Part shown: positions 1 through 9,900 of the stretch, piece after piece | Position numbering within the stretch: position 1 is the stretch's first letter | Layout: each line of letters opens with the position of its first letter | Origin: Clostridia bacterium | Lineage (GTDB): Bacteria > Bacillota > Clostridia > TANB77 > CAG-508 | Length of the DNA stretch: 54,422 nucleotides | Assembly: GCA_017477355.1 (NCBI GenBank) | Contig: JAFUWA010000010.1 | Coordinates: forward strand, 1-54,422 | Direction: 5' to 3' | Notes under the pieces: model-generated | The model's database searches: none | What the model was told of the DNA's origin: nothing | What the model saw: only the letters and a program-made list of their open reading frames with translations | Position numbers and translations under genes: made by a program

Positions 1-139
1 CATAATATAAAACTCCCTTCATGAATTTTTGCTTTTATGCGTCGAAACATATTTGCATTATATCATGAAGGGAGTTTTGTTACTATATAGCTTAAGCCTA
101 CGATACTACCGGCACAGCCGGAAGTATATTAACAATTAA

Positions 140-176
140 AAAAATTGAGTAGAACTGATGCGCCTACTCAATTTTT
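140..176. terminator. Intrinsic terminator (probably bidirectional) downstream of the 206..649 gene
   Basis: 13-bp inverted repeat AAAAATTGAGTAG / CTACTCAATTTTT with flanking A/T tracts. Confidence 0.75.
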
Positions 177-205
177 CTTACATATTTTATGTAATTATCA
201 ATAAA

Positions 206-649
206 TTAGCTTTTTAAATGTAACAATTTTAATATAAAATTTTTAAATCTAATAAAGAAATTATCTTCATATTCAACTAAAGCATTATCCTGAATATTGA
301 TTTGTTTTTTATCTTCAAAATTAAAAATACTATCTGGATTATATTTTTCGCTTTTTTCCTGTTCAGCCTTTTTTTCATTTAATATTAAAATTTCATTAAT
401 CTTTTCTTTTTGTTCTTTTGTTGCAAAATAATCTTGAAATAATGTTACAATAATAGCATTAGCTTCTTTTGAAATCTTTTGTTCAGATAAATCAATTTCA
501 GGATTAATTGTAAATTCATAATTGCTATCCATATTTGTTTTATAAAACTCAATTTTTTCTTTGGGTATTTTGTTGTATTCATCTGCTGGAAAAAATTTGA
601 TTATTTCTAATACTTCTTTATATGCTTTGGCATAATTTTTATTAATCAT
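206..649 (-). CDS. Conserved hypothetical protein (YKEVLEI..P.DEY.KIPKE family), paralog of 1223..1507
   Basis: ORF track 206..679. The likely start is ATG at 649, overlapping the upstream stop (AATGATTAA). Clear similarity to 1223..1507. Confidence 0.75.
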   Translation of the reverse strand: MINKNYAKAYKEVLEIIKFFPADEYNKIPKEKIEFYKTNMDSNYEFTINPEIDLSEQKISKEANAIIVTLFQDYFATKEQKEKINEILILNEKKAEQEKSEKYNPDSIFNFEDKKQINIQDNALVEYEDNFFIRFKNFILKLLHLKS

Positions 650-1100
650 TTCTAGTTTCTCCATCTCTAGTTTCTTCATCTCTAATTTTTATGTCTTGAA
701 TATCTTTTGGCGTTGTGCTATTCAATGCATTTTTAGCGGCATCAACTATACTTATTGATTTTGGTTGAATATATTGTAAAACAGCCTCTAAAGACATTTC
801 TTCAATTCCTTCTTCACCACGACCTTCTTCATCATGAAATCTTTTTATTAGAACAAGTCTTGGGTTATCAGGACTTAAAACAATTCCTATACGTTCTGCT
901 ATATTAGGATTATTTGATTTTATAGCTAATCTTCCTAAACTATCTTTTGATGCCATTGTAAGAATTGCTTTTAATTTTTCTTTATCTTGAGCTTCTATCT
1001 GTAATCTTTCAATTTGTTCTAATATTTTTGCTTTTGCTTCTTCTGTTCTTATTTCTCTGATTCCAGAATTCAATATTTCACTTTTTATTCTACTATTCAT
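642..1100 (-). CDS. Hypothetical protein, 152 aa, charged C-terminal tail
   Basis: ORF with AAGGAG RBS and its own sigma-A-like promoter (TTGATA-17-TAGAAT at 1196..1168). Confidence 0.7.
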   Translation of the reverse strand: MNSRIKSEILNSGIREIRTEEAKAKILEQIERLQIEAQDKEKLKAILTMASKDSLGRLAIKSNNPNIAERIGIVLSPDNPRLVLIKRFHDEEGRGEEGIEEMSLEAVLQYIQPKSISIVDAAKNALNSTTPKDIQDIKIRDEETRDGETRND

Positions 1101-1222
1101 ATAAATATCTCCTTTTATAATTAGTTTAGCCTATACAGTAAAAATAACTAGTACTTACTATTCTATAATTCTACCATATTACTGTTTTATTATCAATATT
1201 ATAAAAAAATTTTCAAATCAAT

Positions 1223-1507
1223 TTAGAATGATTTATTATATTGATAAATTTTTTTCATAAAATCTTTTTGTTGTTCATTTAATAAATATTCTGTATTGAT
1301 ATATGCCAATAATGAAAGTGTATCTACTGAAATATTTTGTTCGTCCAATGCCTTAGTGATATCAAATTCAAATACATGGTTAGGATCCATTTCATTTTTA
1401 ATAGATTCTATTAACTCTTTAGGAATTCTACTATAATCTTCATAAGGCAAGTATTGTAAAATTTCATAAACTTCTTTTAATCTTTTATTGTACTCTATCA
1501 TTTTCAT
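1223..1507 (-). CDS. Conserved hypothetical protein, paralog of 206..649
   Basis: KEVYEILQYLPYEDYSRIPKE aligns with KEVLEIIKFFPADEYNKIPKE. AGGAGG RBS lies inside the upstream gene. Confidence 0.75.
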   Translation of the reverse strand: MKMIEYNKRLKEVYEILQYLPYEDYSRIPKELIESIKNEMDPNHVFEFDITKALDEQNISVDTLSLLAYINTEYLLNEQQKDFMKKIYQYNKSF

Positions 1508-2492
1508 CTTTTCCTCCTTTGTGATTTCTTAAAGTTGATAGCAATTCACCTGCTCTTTCAATTAATCGACTTGGTATTTTTCTTGTTCCATGTGCAATAT
1601 CTCTAATAGTAATTTTATCTTGAACCCATTGTAAATCTTCATATAATATTCCCATTTCAGCTAATTCTCGTGGAGTAATTGGAATTGCAATTTTTCCTTC
1701 TTCTACTTGAAATTGGATGGTTCCTTTTTTATCAAATTTTTTATCTTTTGAACTCATAATTTCGCTAATTCTTTTTTCTTTTTCTTTTATGATTTGCTTG
1801 TCTGATAAATCTGCTGTTTCATAATCATAAAATTTTCTATCGTCAAAAACAAAATAATAATCATCTGTTAAATCGGAAATTAAGCTTGGCAATGAATATA
1901 ACTTTTTACTATGCAATTCAACTAAAAACTTTGGAATTACTCTTGTTCTACTAAAACTTTTAAGATGATATCCATATTGTTCATTTGTGCATTCTGCAGA
2001 ATCTTCTAGAATCATATATCCAGGTGTTTGCTTTAATAGTTCTTCAATAACTTTTCTTTTTTCTGCTAATCTTTTTAGCCTTGCTTCTTCTTTTTTTCTT
2101 TCGTTTTCATTGATATTATTTTGAATGGATGTTTCTTTTTGACTTTGAACAATAGTATATCGTTGTTCAATCATAGATAATTCCCTCTCTAAAGAAACAA
2201 TTTCAGGTTCTAATGTATCGATTTCTTTTAATACTTCAGGGTCAATTATTTCTTCGATTGGTACTAAATTATAATTATGAATATTTAAATGTATGGTTTC
2301 AATTTTTGCTTGCATTGCTGTAATAAGTTCTTTTATTTGATTATATTTTGAGATATAATCTGTTTCTAAATTTTTAAATGAATCTGTATTTTCAATATAG
2401 TCTAACTCTTCTAATTTCTTTAGTATGTTTTGAAGTTCAGTCATTAATACTTCAACGTTTCTTTTGAATTCATTAATTTCTTCTTTTTTCAT
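1485..2492 (-). CDS. Hypothetical protein with N-terminal coiled coil, 335 aa
   Basis: Long ORF, AGGAGG RBS, heptad-rich E/K/L N-terminal half. Confidence 0.75.
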   Translation of the reverse strand: MKKEEINEFKRNVEVLMTELQNILKKLEELDYIENTDSFKNLETDYISKYNQIKELITAMQAKIETIHLNIHNYNLVPIEEIIDPEVLKEIDTLEPEIVSLERELSMIEQRYTIVQSQKETSIQNNINENERKKEEARLKRLAEKRKVIEELLKQTPGYMILEDSAECTNEQYGYHLKSFSRTRVIPKFLVELHSKKLYSLPSLISDLTDDYYFVFDDRKFYDYETADLSDKQIIKEKEKRISEIMSSKDKKFDKKGTIQFQVEEGKIAIPITPRELAEMGILYEDLQWVQDKITIRDIAHGTRKIPSRLIERAGELLSTLRNHKGGKDENDRVQ

Positions 2493-2702
2493 TTTAAAAC
2501 CCTCCTACCAAAATAAATAAAAAGAACTATTTATGCATAAACATAAATAGCTCTTTATTGTTTTTCTATATCAAAAAACTTGCTATATATGTTTAAGCAT
2601 ATATAACAAGTCTCATTGTTTAAAGTAAAACCAGACTCTTAGTCGGTTGTTGATTTTACTATATAATCTTAATTATATCAATTACTCCCTTGCTATGTTG
2701 TT

Positions 2703-2731
2703 ATTATAACACAGAAAATGATTTATGTCAA
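2703..2731 (-). promoter_or_regulatory. Consensus sigma-A promoter for 1485..2492
   Basis: TTGACA-17 nt-TATAAT with TG extension. Confidence 0.8.
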
Positions 2732-2752
2732 CCTTACTACTAATCATTTTTT

Positions 2753-3637
2753 CTATCTTATTTCGATTAATTCATATTCCCTATTTCCAAATCCCAATTT
2801 ATGAGCAGCCTCAATTGTGTGTTCTCCATTCCTAGAGGTCACCCTTTCTAGAAAATGTTCTTTTCCTGGATCGTTTGATTTTTTTACGAAATCAATGCAA
2901 GCTTGATCAATTGCAATTGGGTCTAAAGAAGCTAAAATTCCGATATCTTTCATGCAAGGATCTTCAGCAACTGCACAGCAATCACAATCAACACTCATAT
3001 TGCACATAACATTAATAAAAGCCATATTTCCATTAAAGTATTTTACAACGGCTGATGCTGCTTCTGCCATACTTTCTAAGAAATCATTTTGAGGTGGTAA
3101 ATTATCCCAAACAGTATATTGATCTTTATTTGTTCCTGCAGAATGAATCCAAGATTTTCCTTCTGATGAAGCACAGCCGATAGATAATTGTTTCAATGCT
3201 CCGCCATAGCCTCCCATAGGATGACCCTTAAAATGGGAAATAACAAGCATAGAATCATATTTTTCAATATCTTTTCCTAGAAAATCCTCTTTTAGATGTT
3301 TTCCTCCAATAACTGGAACAGAAATATCTGGTCCGTTCTCATCTAATAAATCTACATCAAAGTATTTATTCCATCCATGGCGTTCAATCGTTTTTAAGTG
3401 TTTTTCAGTTGTATTTCTCTCTCCTCCATAGGCTGCATTACATTCTACAATTGTTCCATTAACATATTTTACCATTGGAATCATAAATTCTGGTCTTAAA
3501 TAGTTTTGATTACCTTCTTCTCCAGAATGAACTTTGACTGCTACCTTTCCTGGTAGTTCTTTGCCTAAAGCTTGATAGATTTTAACAACATTTTCAGGAG
3601 TTATCTCCTTACAAAAATAAACTTTTGATTTTTCCAT
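2753..3637 (-). CDS. DUF362 family Fe-S protein
   Basis: VAVKVHSGE, SHFKGH..GYGGALK, CDC and DPIAIDQAC motifs. Confidence 0.85.
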   Translation of the reverse strand: MEKSKVYFCKEITPENVVKIYQALGKELPGKVAVKVHSGEEGNQNYLRPEFMIPMVKYVNGTIVECNAAYGGERNTTEKHLKTIERHGWNKYFDVDLLDENGPDISVPVIGGKHLKEDFLGKDIEKYDSMLVISHFKGHPMGGYGGALKQLSIGCASSEGKSWIHSAGTNKDQYTVWDNLPPQNDFLESMAEAASAVVKYFNGNMAFINVMCNMSVDCDCCAVAEDPCMKDIGILASLDPIAIDQACIDFVKKSNDPGKEHFLERVTSRNGEHTIEAAHKLGFGNREYELIEIR

Positions 3638-3717
3638 AAAAAATAATCCTTTCGTAAATTTTCTTACAAAAGGATTATATCATTAACACCTTGATTTTAA
3701 AAGTATTTTTCTAAAAT

Positions 3718-4704
3718 TTATTTAACAGCTGAGCTATCTCCATTATTTGAATCATCAGCATCTAAAACAAAAGCTGTAGCAACAGGTCTTGATCTATGCT
3801 CTCCATTTAAAGATGTTGGGTCATTAATCATTTTATCTCCGACAACTAATTGACAAGAAGTTCCACCGTCTAAGTCTGAAGCATTTACGGCTCCATACTT
3901 TTGCATGATTTCAATCATTTCTGGTAATGTAGCACCTTCTCCTTTTGTTCTATCTCCATCAACACAAAGTAATAAAACAATTCCATCTTCTCTTTGTCCA
4001 ATAACACTTCTTGCTGTTCTTCCGCTTGGTCCAAAAGCACCGCTACCTGTCATTGTTTGTGCTTGTCCATCAACAATTAAATATGGTGCAAATGAAACAC
4101 AATCTCTCATTCCTTCAGAAACAACAGAGTTTGAATCTAAATTTTTCAAAACCAATTTATCTTGAGCATTAAATCCAACAACACCACCTCTGTTATTGGT
4201 ATATTTTTCAGAAACAACCATTTTATTTCTAGCAATTGTAAGCCCTGCTGGAGTTCCACCATCTCCATTAAAATCTGCATCTGCAAATCCGCCTGCATTA
4301 ATACCAAGCAAAGCATTATTATCAGATACCATTTTATCTACATATTCTCCGTCATATCCCATTTTAGAAGTAACTGCAACATGCATTCTTTCTGGTTCGT
4401 ATACTGCTACTAAATACCCGCTAAACTTACTTCCACTAATAGGAATTACTTTATAATCATTATTATTACTATATCTTTCTAAAATTTGTCTTTCTTCTTC
4501 ACTCTTATCAGGAAATTCTAAATATGTTACTTCCTCATTAGGTTCTTGTTCTTCTATGTTCTCTTCCGCTTTAGCTGTTTTACTTGGTTCATTTTTTGTT
4601 TCTTTCTTGTCATTTCCTTTAGATGTCATAAAATATGCCCCAACTCCTATTCCTGCAGCTACAATAATAAGTAATATAAAAATTAATACCTTTTTGTTTT
4701 TCAT
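3718..4704 (-). CDS. Phosphodiester glycosidase (NAGPA/DUF2233) family membrane-anchored protein
   Basis: N-terminal TM, INAGGF, RSVIGQREDG, LDGGTS motifs. Confidence 0.85.
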   Translation of the reverse strand: MKNKKVLIFILLIIVAAGIGVGAYFMTSKGNDKKETKNEPSKTAKAEENIEEQEPNEEVTYLEFPDKSEEERQILERYSNNNDYKVIPISGSKFSGYLVAVYEPERMHVAVTSKMGYDGEYVDKMVSDNNALLGINAGGFADADFNGDGGTPAGLTIARNKMVVSEKYTNNRGGVVGFNAQDKLVLKNLDSNSVVSEGMRDCVSFAPYLIVDGQAQTMTGSGAFGPSGRTARSVIGQREDGIVLLLCVDGDRTKGEGATLPEMIEIMQKYGAVNASDLDGGTSCQLVVGDKMINDPTSLNGEHRSRPVATAFVLDADDSNNGDSSAVK

Positions 4705-4734
4705 ATGTTCCTCCTTCTGTTTTTGTAACTATAT

Positions 4735-5919
4735 TTATTCCTCTGGTGCTAAATAAAAACCAGTAGAAATCCATCTTGTTTTATGAGCTCCTGTTGAATC
4801 AATAGGGTCATTAATCATTTCTCCATTAACAATCATTACACTAGATGTTCCGCCATCAAGGTTGGCAGCGTTAATTGCACTATATCTTTGCATAATCTCA
4901 ATCTCATCATTCATATCAATTCCTTGTTTTAAACCACTTCTTCCATCTGAGACAAAGAATAAAACAATTCCATCTGCCCTTTGTCCTATAACAGTTCTAG
5001 GAGCAACTCCCCAACCGCCGTTTCCAAGAACTTTAGATGCTTCCCCATTGACAATAATAAATGGTCCAAAAGTTACACAATCTCTAATTCCTAAGTATTG
5101 CGCTTGGGAACGAGAGCATTTTGTTAAGATTAGTTGATCTTCCTCATTAAATCCAATGATTCCTCCTGCTCCATTATAACTTTCATCATTTCTTAAAATT
5201 TCGCCTTTACAAATTGTAATTCCAAGAGGGCTTGCACCATTGCTATTGAAATTTGGATCAACAAATCCACCTCCATTAATTGCAACAATAGCATCAACTC
5301 TTTCAGCCATATTGATTAAATATTCTCCCCTTGTACCTAAATATTGGGTTGCAACTGTATGAATTCTAGATGCATCATAAATAACGGCTAGGTATCCATC
5401 AAAGGTTCTACCAGATTTTAATTTTTCATCTTTAAATTCAATAATTTTATAATCTGGATGAGCAGGATCTCTTTCTAAGATTTGTCTTTCATATTCATTT
5501 TTATAAGTAACCTTTCCAGAAGTAGTTACTTCTGAAGTTGCTAAAGTTTTATCAATATTATATAAGCTAGTATCAGTAGAAGCTCCAGTTTCAATGACTC
5601 CGTTTTTAGACATTACATAACTAATTGTATCTTCATCATAAAACCATCTAGCATAATATTTATGTCTCATAGAAGCTTCTGCAGTTGTAATAAACCAATC
5701 TCTAAATTTAGTATTTGGGCCATATACAACGATTAATCCAATGTAACAACAAATGGTTCCAAGAATAAAATTGAAAATAAAAAATTTTTTGATTCTCTTA
5801 ATACGTTTTGCTTTTTTTCTATTTTTCTTGTTTTCTTGTAGCTCTTGTCTTTCTTGTTTTAGTTCTTTTTCCATTTCTTGAATGTTGCTAATTCTAGCTT
5901 TTTTTCTCTTCTCGCTCAT
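4735..5919 (-). CDS. Phosphodiester glycosidase (NAGPA/DUF2233) family protein
   Basis: TM segment, INGGGF, PRTVIGQRADG, NLDGGTSS. Confidence 0.85.
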   Translation of the reverse strand: MSEKRKKARISNIQEMEKELKQERQELQENKKNRKKAKRIKRIKKFFIFNFILGTICCYIGLIVVYGPNTKFRDWFITTAEASMRHKYYARWFYDEDTISYVMSKNGVIETGASTDTSLYNIDKTLATSEVTTSGKVTYKNEYERQILERDPAHPDYKIIEFKDEKLKSGRTFDGYLAVIYDASRIHTVATQYLGTRGEYLINMAERVDAIVAINGGGFVDPNFNSNGASPLGITICKGEILRNDESYNGAGGIIGFNEEDQLILTKCSRSQAQYLGIRDCVTFGPFIIVNGEASKVLGNGGWGVAPRTVIGQRADGIVLFFVSDGRSGLKQGIDMNDEIEIMQRYSAINAANLDGGTSSVMIVNGEMINDPIDSTGAHKTRWISTGFYLAPEE

Positions 5920-6051
5920 CTTAAAACTTCATCCTTTTATTATGTTATAAAATGTAAATTTTCATCAAAACTATTATAAACTTAAATTTTAAAATTAGCA
6001 ATATATTATATAGAATTTTAAAAATTACTATATAATAATATTTCTATATCG

Positions 6052-7464
6052 TTAAAAATTGTTAGTATCCAATTTTTCTTTAATCATTTTTAGAAATTCT
6101 GCATTTGTTTTTGTTTTCATCATTAAATCCATGACAGTTTCTGTCATATCAACAGATTGCATATTAGAGATGGCTCTTCTTAATTGATATACAATTGCTA
6201 AATCTTCTTTAGAAAGTAATAGTTCTTCACGTCTTGTACCAGATTTATTAATATCAATTGCTGGGAAAATTCTTCTTTCTGATAAACTTCTGCTTAAGTG
6301 AACTTCCATATTACCAGTTCCTTTGAATTCTTCAAAGATAACCTCATCCATTCTACTTCCTGTCTCAATTAAAGCTGTTCCTAAAATTGTTAAACTTCCA
6401 GCATTTTCAGTATTTCTTGCTGCTCCAAAGAAACGTTTTGGTTTATAAAGTGCACTAGGATCAAAACCACCTGATAAAGTTTTACCAGAAGATGGAACAA
6501 CTAAGTTGTAAGCTCTTGCAAGTCTTGTAATGCTATCTAGAAGAATTACAACATCTCTTTTTTGTTCTGTTAATCTTTTTGCTCTTTCTAGTACCATCTC
6601 AGCTACTTTAACATGATGTTCTGGTTGCTCATCAAAAGTAGAATAAATTACTTCTCCTTTAACAGAACGTTTCATATCAGTTACTTCTTCTGGTCTTTCG
6701 TCAATTAGAAGAACGATTAATTCACATTCTGGATTGTTTTCAGAAATACTATTGGCAATTTTCTTTAAAATAGTCGTTTTACCTACTTTAGGTGGGGCAA
6801 CTATCATTCCCCTTTGCCCTTTACCAATTGGAGATAAGATATCCATAATCCTCATTGTATATTCTTCAGGTTTTGTTTCTAGCTTTAATTTCTCATTAGG
6901 ATAGATAGGAATTAACTCATCAAATTTTTTTCTTTTCATCGCATTCTCAGGATGTTCACCATTTACTTCTCCAACATAAATTAAAGCAGGAAATTTCTCA
7001 GTTTCTTTAGGAGTTCTCATAATTCCTTTTACTTTATCACCTGTATCTAAACGAAATCTTTTAATTTGTACTGGTGAAACATAAACATCTTTATTAGTTG
7101 ATAAATAATTGTCCCCACGAAGGAAACCATATCCGTCTGGTAAAATTTCTAAAATTCCTTCTGTATATGTATCTGTATCACTTGTTAAATTATATCTTTC
7201 ATTAGAATCTGATTGGTCTTGTTCTTCTGAGAAGGTGTCTTCTGTTTTAGTAGACTCTAATTCTTGCTTTTCTGTTTCATTATTAATAACTTTTTGCTCT
7301 TTTTGAGAGGTTCCTGCTGGTTCTCCTACATTTTGAATAGCCGAAATTAATTCACTTTTTTTCATTTTTGTTGTATTCTCAATTCCTAGTACTTTTGCCA
7401 AATTTCTCAATTCTACAACACTTTTCTCGTTTAGTTCCATAAAAATACCTTTGTATGTTTCCAT
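6052..7464 (-). CDS. rho: Transcription termination factor Rho
   Basis: [54 protein letters not shown]. Confidence 0.97.
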   Translation of the reverse strand: METYKGIFMELNEKSVVELRNLAKVLGIENTTKMKKSELISAIQNVGEPAGTSQKEQKVINNETEKQELESTKTEDTFSEEQDQSDSNERYNLTSDTDTYTEGILEILPDGYGFLRGDNYLSTNKDVYVSPVQIKRFRLDTGDKVKGIMRTPKETEKFPALIYVGEVNGEHPENAMKRKKFDELIPIYPNEKLKLETKPEEYTMRIMDILSPIGKGQRGMIVAPPKVGKTTILKKIANSISENNPECELIVLLIDERPEEVTDMKRSVKGEVIYSTFDEQPEHHVKVAEMVLERAKRLTEQKRDVVILLDSITRLARAYNLVVPSSGKTLSGGFDPSALYKPKRFFGAARNTENAGSLTILGTALIETGSRMDEVIFEEFKGTGNMEVHLSRSLSERRIFPAIDINKSGTRREELLLSKEDLAIVYQLRRAISNMQSVDMTETVMDLMMKTKTNAEFLKMIKEKLDTNNF

Positions 7465-7568
7465 ACATCCTTTCTATATGATTAAATTTTACATTTTATT
7501 TGGAAATTTTAAAAGAATAAAAATAGCTCTCAATAGATTCTAAAATGAAAAGAATATCATTTTAAAAC

Positions 7569-7853
7569 CTATTGAGCAATATATATACGTTCATTTGGAT
7601 AATACATATCAATTTTGTCTCTTGCTTGTTCTTCAATATATTCAGGAGAATTCATATTCTCTTGTTCTTTTTTTAAGTCTTCTTGCTCTGCTTTCAGCTC
7701 TTCAATTTGAGCTTTATAATAAGCTTGTTCCGTCTTATATTTATCTAATTTCTTTTGTTGATTTATAAAATACACGATAGTATATACAACAATTACTGCG
7801 ATAATGATTCTACAAATCTTTTTCGATTTAAAGATATTTCTCAATATTGTCAC
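7569..7853 (-). CDS. divIC: Septum formation initiator DivIC/FtsB family
   Basis: TM + coiled coil + EYIEEQARDKIDM..P.E motif, follows yabP-yabQ. Confidence 0.85.
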   Translation of the reverse strand: MTILRNIFKSKKICRIIIAVIVVYTIVYFINQQKKLDKYKTEQAYYKAQIEELKAEQEDLKKEQENMNSPEYIEEQARDKIDMYYPNERIYIAQ

Positions 7854-7856
7854 TCC

Positions 7857-8219
7857 TTAATTTTGCTTTTTATTTTTTTTTGCAAAATAATACGGTATTT
7901 TCAGCAATTTTATTAGTACCCTAAAAACTACTTCAATCATTATAACACAGCTTTCTGATAATGTCAAAGCATAAATTACAATTCCTGCTGCACTCGATAA
8001 AACGAGATAAAATCTAAGATTTCCGTGATTAAATAGTAAAACACTTCTTAAATATAGAAGCCCAGAAAGCAATAAAAATAGAACATCTTGTAAATCGACT
8101 AATAAGTTAGCAAGTTTAAGATTTCTTCGAAACCCTCTAAAAATATCAAATAGGAATCCAATTAACAATCCAATGATAAAGAATAAACAAAAATTTCTAC
8201 CTTGTTCTGAAACACTCAT
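7857..8219 (-). CDS. yabQ: Spore cortex biosynthesis protein YabQ
   Basis: IGLLIGFLFDIFR, N.G.LRFY motifs and yabP-yabQ-divIC synteny. Confidence 0.85.
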   Translation of the reverse strand: MSVSEQGRNFCLFFIIGLLIGFLFDIFRGFRRNLKLANLLVDLQDVLFLLLSGLLYLRSVLLFNHGNLRFYLVLSSAAGIVIYALTLSESCVIMIEVVFRVLIKLLKIPYYFAKKNKKQN

Positions 8220-8233
8220 TTTCTAAAAACCTT

Positions 8234-8533
8234 CTATTTAAATAATTTGCTTAAAAAGTTTCCGCTCTTCCCTACTCTTTTGTCAGAAGCATTATCAGAA
8301 TAGATAAGAGTATTAATAGTTCCATCAATTGAAACATCTAATGTATCAATGCTTAATTTGTTAATTCTCAAATTCTCTCCTTTGACAGTTAATAAACCTA
8401 GTTCTGTTTCTAAGATTACCATTTGATCATCAAAGCTAAGTACATCTTTAACACCACTAATATTTAGTTTTTCTCTATTTTCTAAATAAATGTTTTGCAT
8501 TGCAACACTTGATAACTTTTTTTCTTCAATCAT
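8234..8533 (-). CDS. yabP: Sporulation protein YabP
   Basis: LENREKLNISGVKDVLSFD..LET.LG.L.VKGENL. Start taken at ATG 8533 after GGAGG. Confidence 0.92.
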   Translation of the reverse strand: MIEEKKLSSVAMQNIYLENREKLNISGVKDVLSFDDQMVILETELGLLTVKGENLRINKLSIDTLDVSIDGTINTLIYSDNASDKRVGKSGNFLSKLFK

Positions 8534-8550
8534 AAATTCCTCCAAAACAA

Positions 8551-8590
8551 AAAACGATATATTAGTTTATATGAACTAATATATCGTTTT
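8551..8590. terminator. Terminator hairpin after lysC
   Basis: Perfect 17-bp inverted repeat AAAACGATATATTAGTT / AACTAATATATCGTTTT. Confidence 0.75.
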
Positions 8591-8604
8591 ATTCCAAATT
8601 TTAT

Positions 8605-9811
8605 TTAAAAGAATTTTTTATAAATTGCTGTAACTGCGTTATTTGCCTCTTCAATATCAACTAAAACAGAAATTTTAATTTCAGATGTTGTTACCATGTG
8701 CATGTTAATATTTTTCTCATATAATGCTTCAAACATTTTAGCAGCAACTCCTGGCTTATTTGCAATTCCAACACCAATAATAGAAACTTTTGATAAACTT
8801 TCATTATGTGTTACTTCTTGATAACTTAATTTTTCTTTATTTTCTTCTAATACTTTTATTGTTTTATTTAAGTCACTTGAATTAACAGAAAATGTAACAT
8901 CTTTTGAAAAAGTTTCGCCAAATGATTGGACAATAATATCAACATTAATATTATTGTCAGCTAAAATTCTAAATAATTCGTAGGTCTTCCCTATTTTATT
9001 TTCTAGTCCAAATACTGTAATTCTAGAAATGTTATCGTCTTTGGCAACACCATTAATTACCAAATCCTCTAGTGATTTTGAACTTGAAACAACACTTCCT
9101 TTATTAATTTTTTCAAATGTTGACTTTACATAGATTGGTACATTATATTTCTTTCCAATTTCTACACATCTATTATGAAGCACTTTTGCTCCTAAACTTG
9201 CCATTTCAAGCATTTCATCATAAGAAATATGCTCAATTTTCTTAGGATTATCTATAATTCTAGGATCTGCTACAAATACACCGTCAACATCTGTAAAAAT
9301 ATCGCATCTTTCTGCATTTAAAGAAGCTGCTAAGGCTACGGCCGTTGTGTCAGAACCTCCACGACCTAAAGTCGTTATATTTAAATTTTCATCTACTCCT
9401 TGGAAACCAGCTACAATAACAATATTTCCGCTTTGTAATAAATCACGAATAGCGTCATTATTAATATAACGAATTCTACTATTTCCAAAATCGCTATTGG
9501 TTACAATTGGAATCTGCCATCCTGTTTGAGAAATGGCCTTATATCCTTTTTCTTGTAATAAAATTGCAAGTTTTGAAATTGTAATCTGTTCTCCTGTAGA
9601 AACTAAAACATCATGTTCTCTAGGGTTTGCCTCTTCTGTTATTTCTCTCTCTTCTGAGATAAGTTTGTCTGTTGTTTTTCCGTTGGGCAGAAACAACAAC
9701 TACTACATCATTTCCTTTTTCCTTTTCTTCTAAAATTTTGCTGGCTACTTGATTTAATTTCGCAGTATCAGCAACACTACTTCCTCCAAATTTTTGAACT
9801 ATAATTCCCAT
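8605..9811 (-). CDS. lysC: Aspartate kinase, 401 aa, requiring a +1 shift at CGGA (9682..9679)
   Basis: ORF 9620..9811 gives MGIIVQKFGGSSV...VVVVSAQ. Skipping C9682 continues GKTTDKL...TTLGRGGSDTTA and ACT domains (ORF 8605..9699). Confidence 0.93.
9679..9682 (-). other. CGGA +1 recoding site (lysC codon 44)
   Basis: TCT GCC CAA C GGA AAA ACA ACA GAC = S A Q G K T T D. Confidence 0.88.
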
Positions 9812-9900
9812 TGTTTTTACCTTCTTGTTATAAAAACGTAAATAGCCAATTTAATCAAATTCTGCTACTAATATATTATATTAAAATAATATTTAAACTT

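Noticed and set aside
2673-2691. Leader mini-ORF TTG ATA TAA after AAGGGAG
   Set aside because: RBS-start spacing is only about 3 nt and the ORF has two codons, so there is no support.
2821-2850. AGG as a second shifty or reassigned codon
   Set aside because: AGG, including AGG-A and AGG-G, occurs in frame in intact genes (GAA AGG GTG ACC TCT AGG AAT in the DUF362 gene) with no frame break.
9679-9682. Simple CGG sense reassignment (to Trp, Gln or Gly) as a triplet
   Set aside because: A triplet reassignment would keep the frame, whereas homology continues only in the +1 frame at all eight sites.
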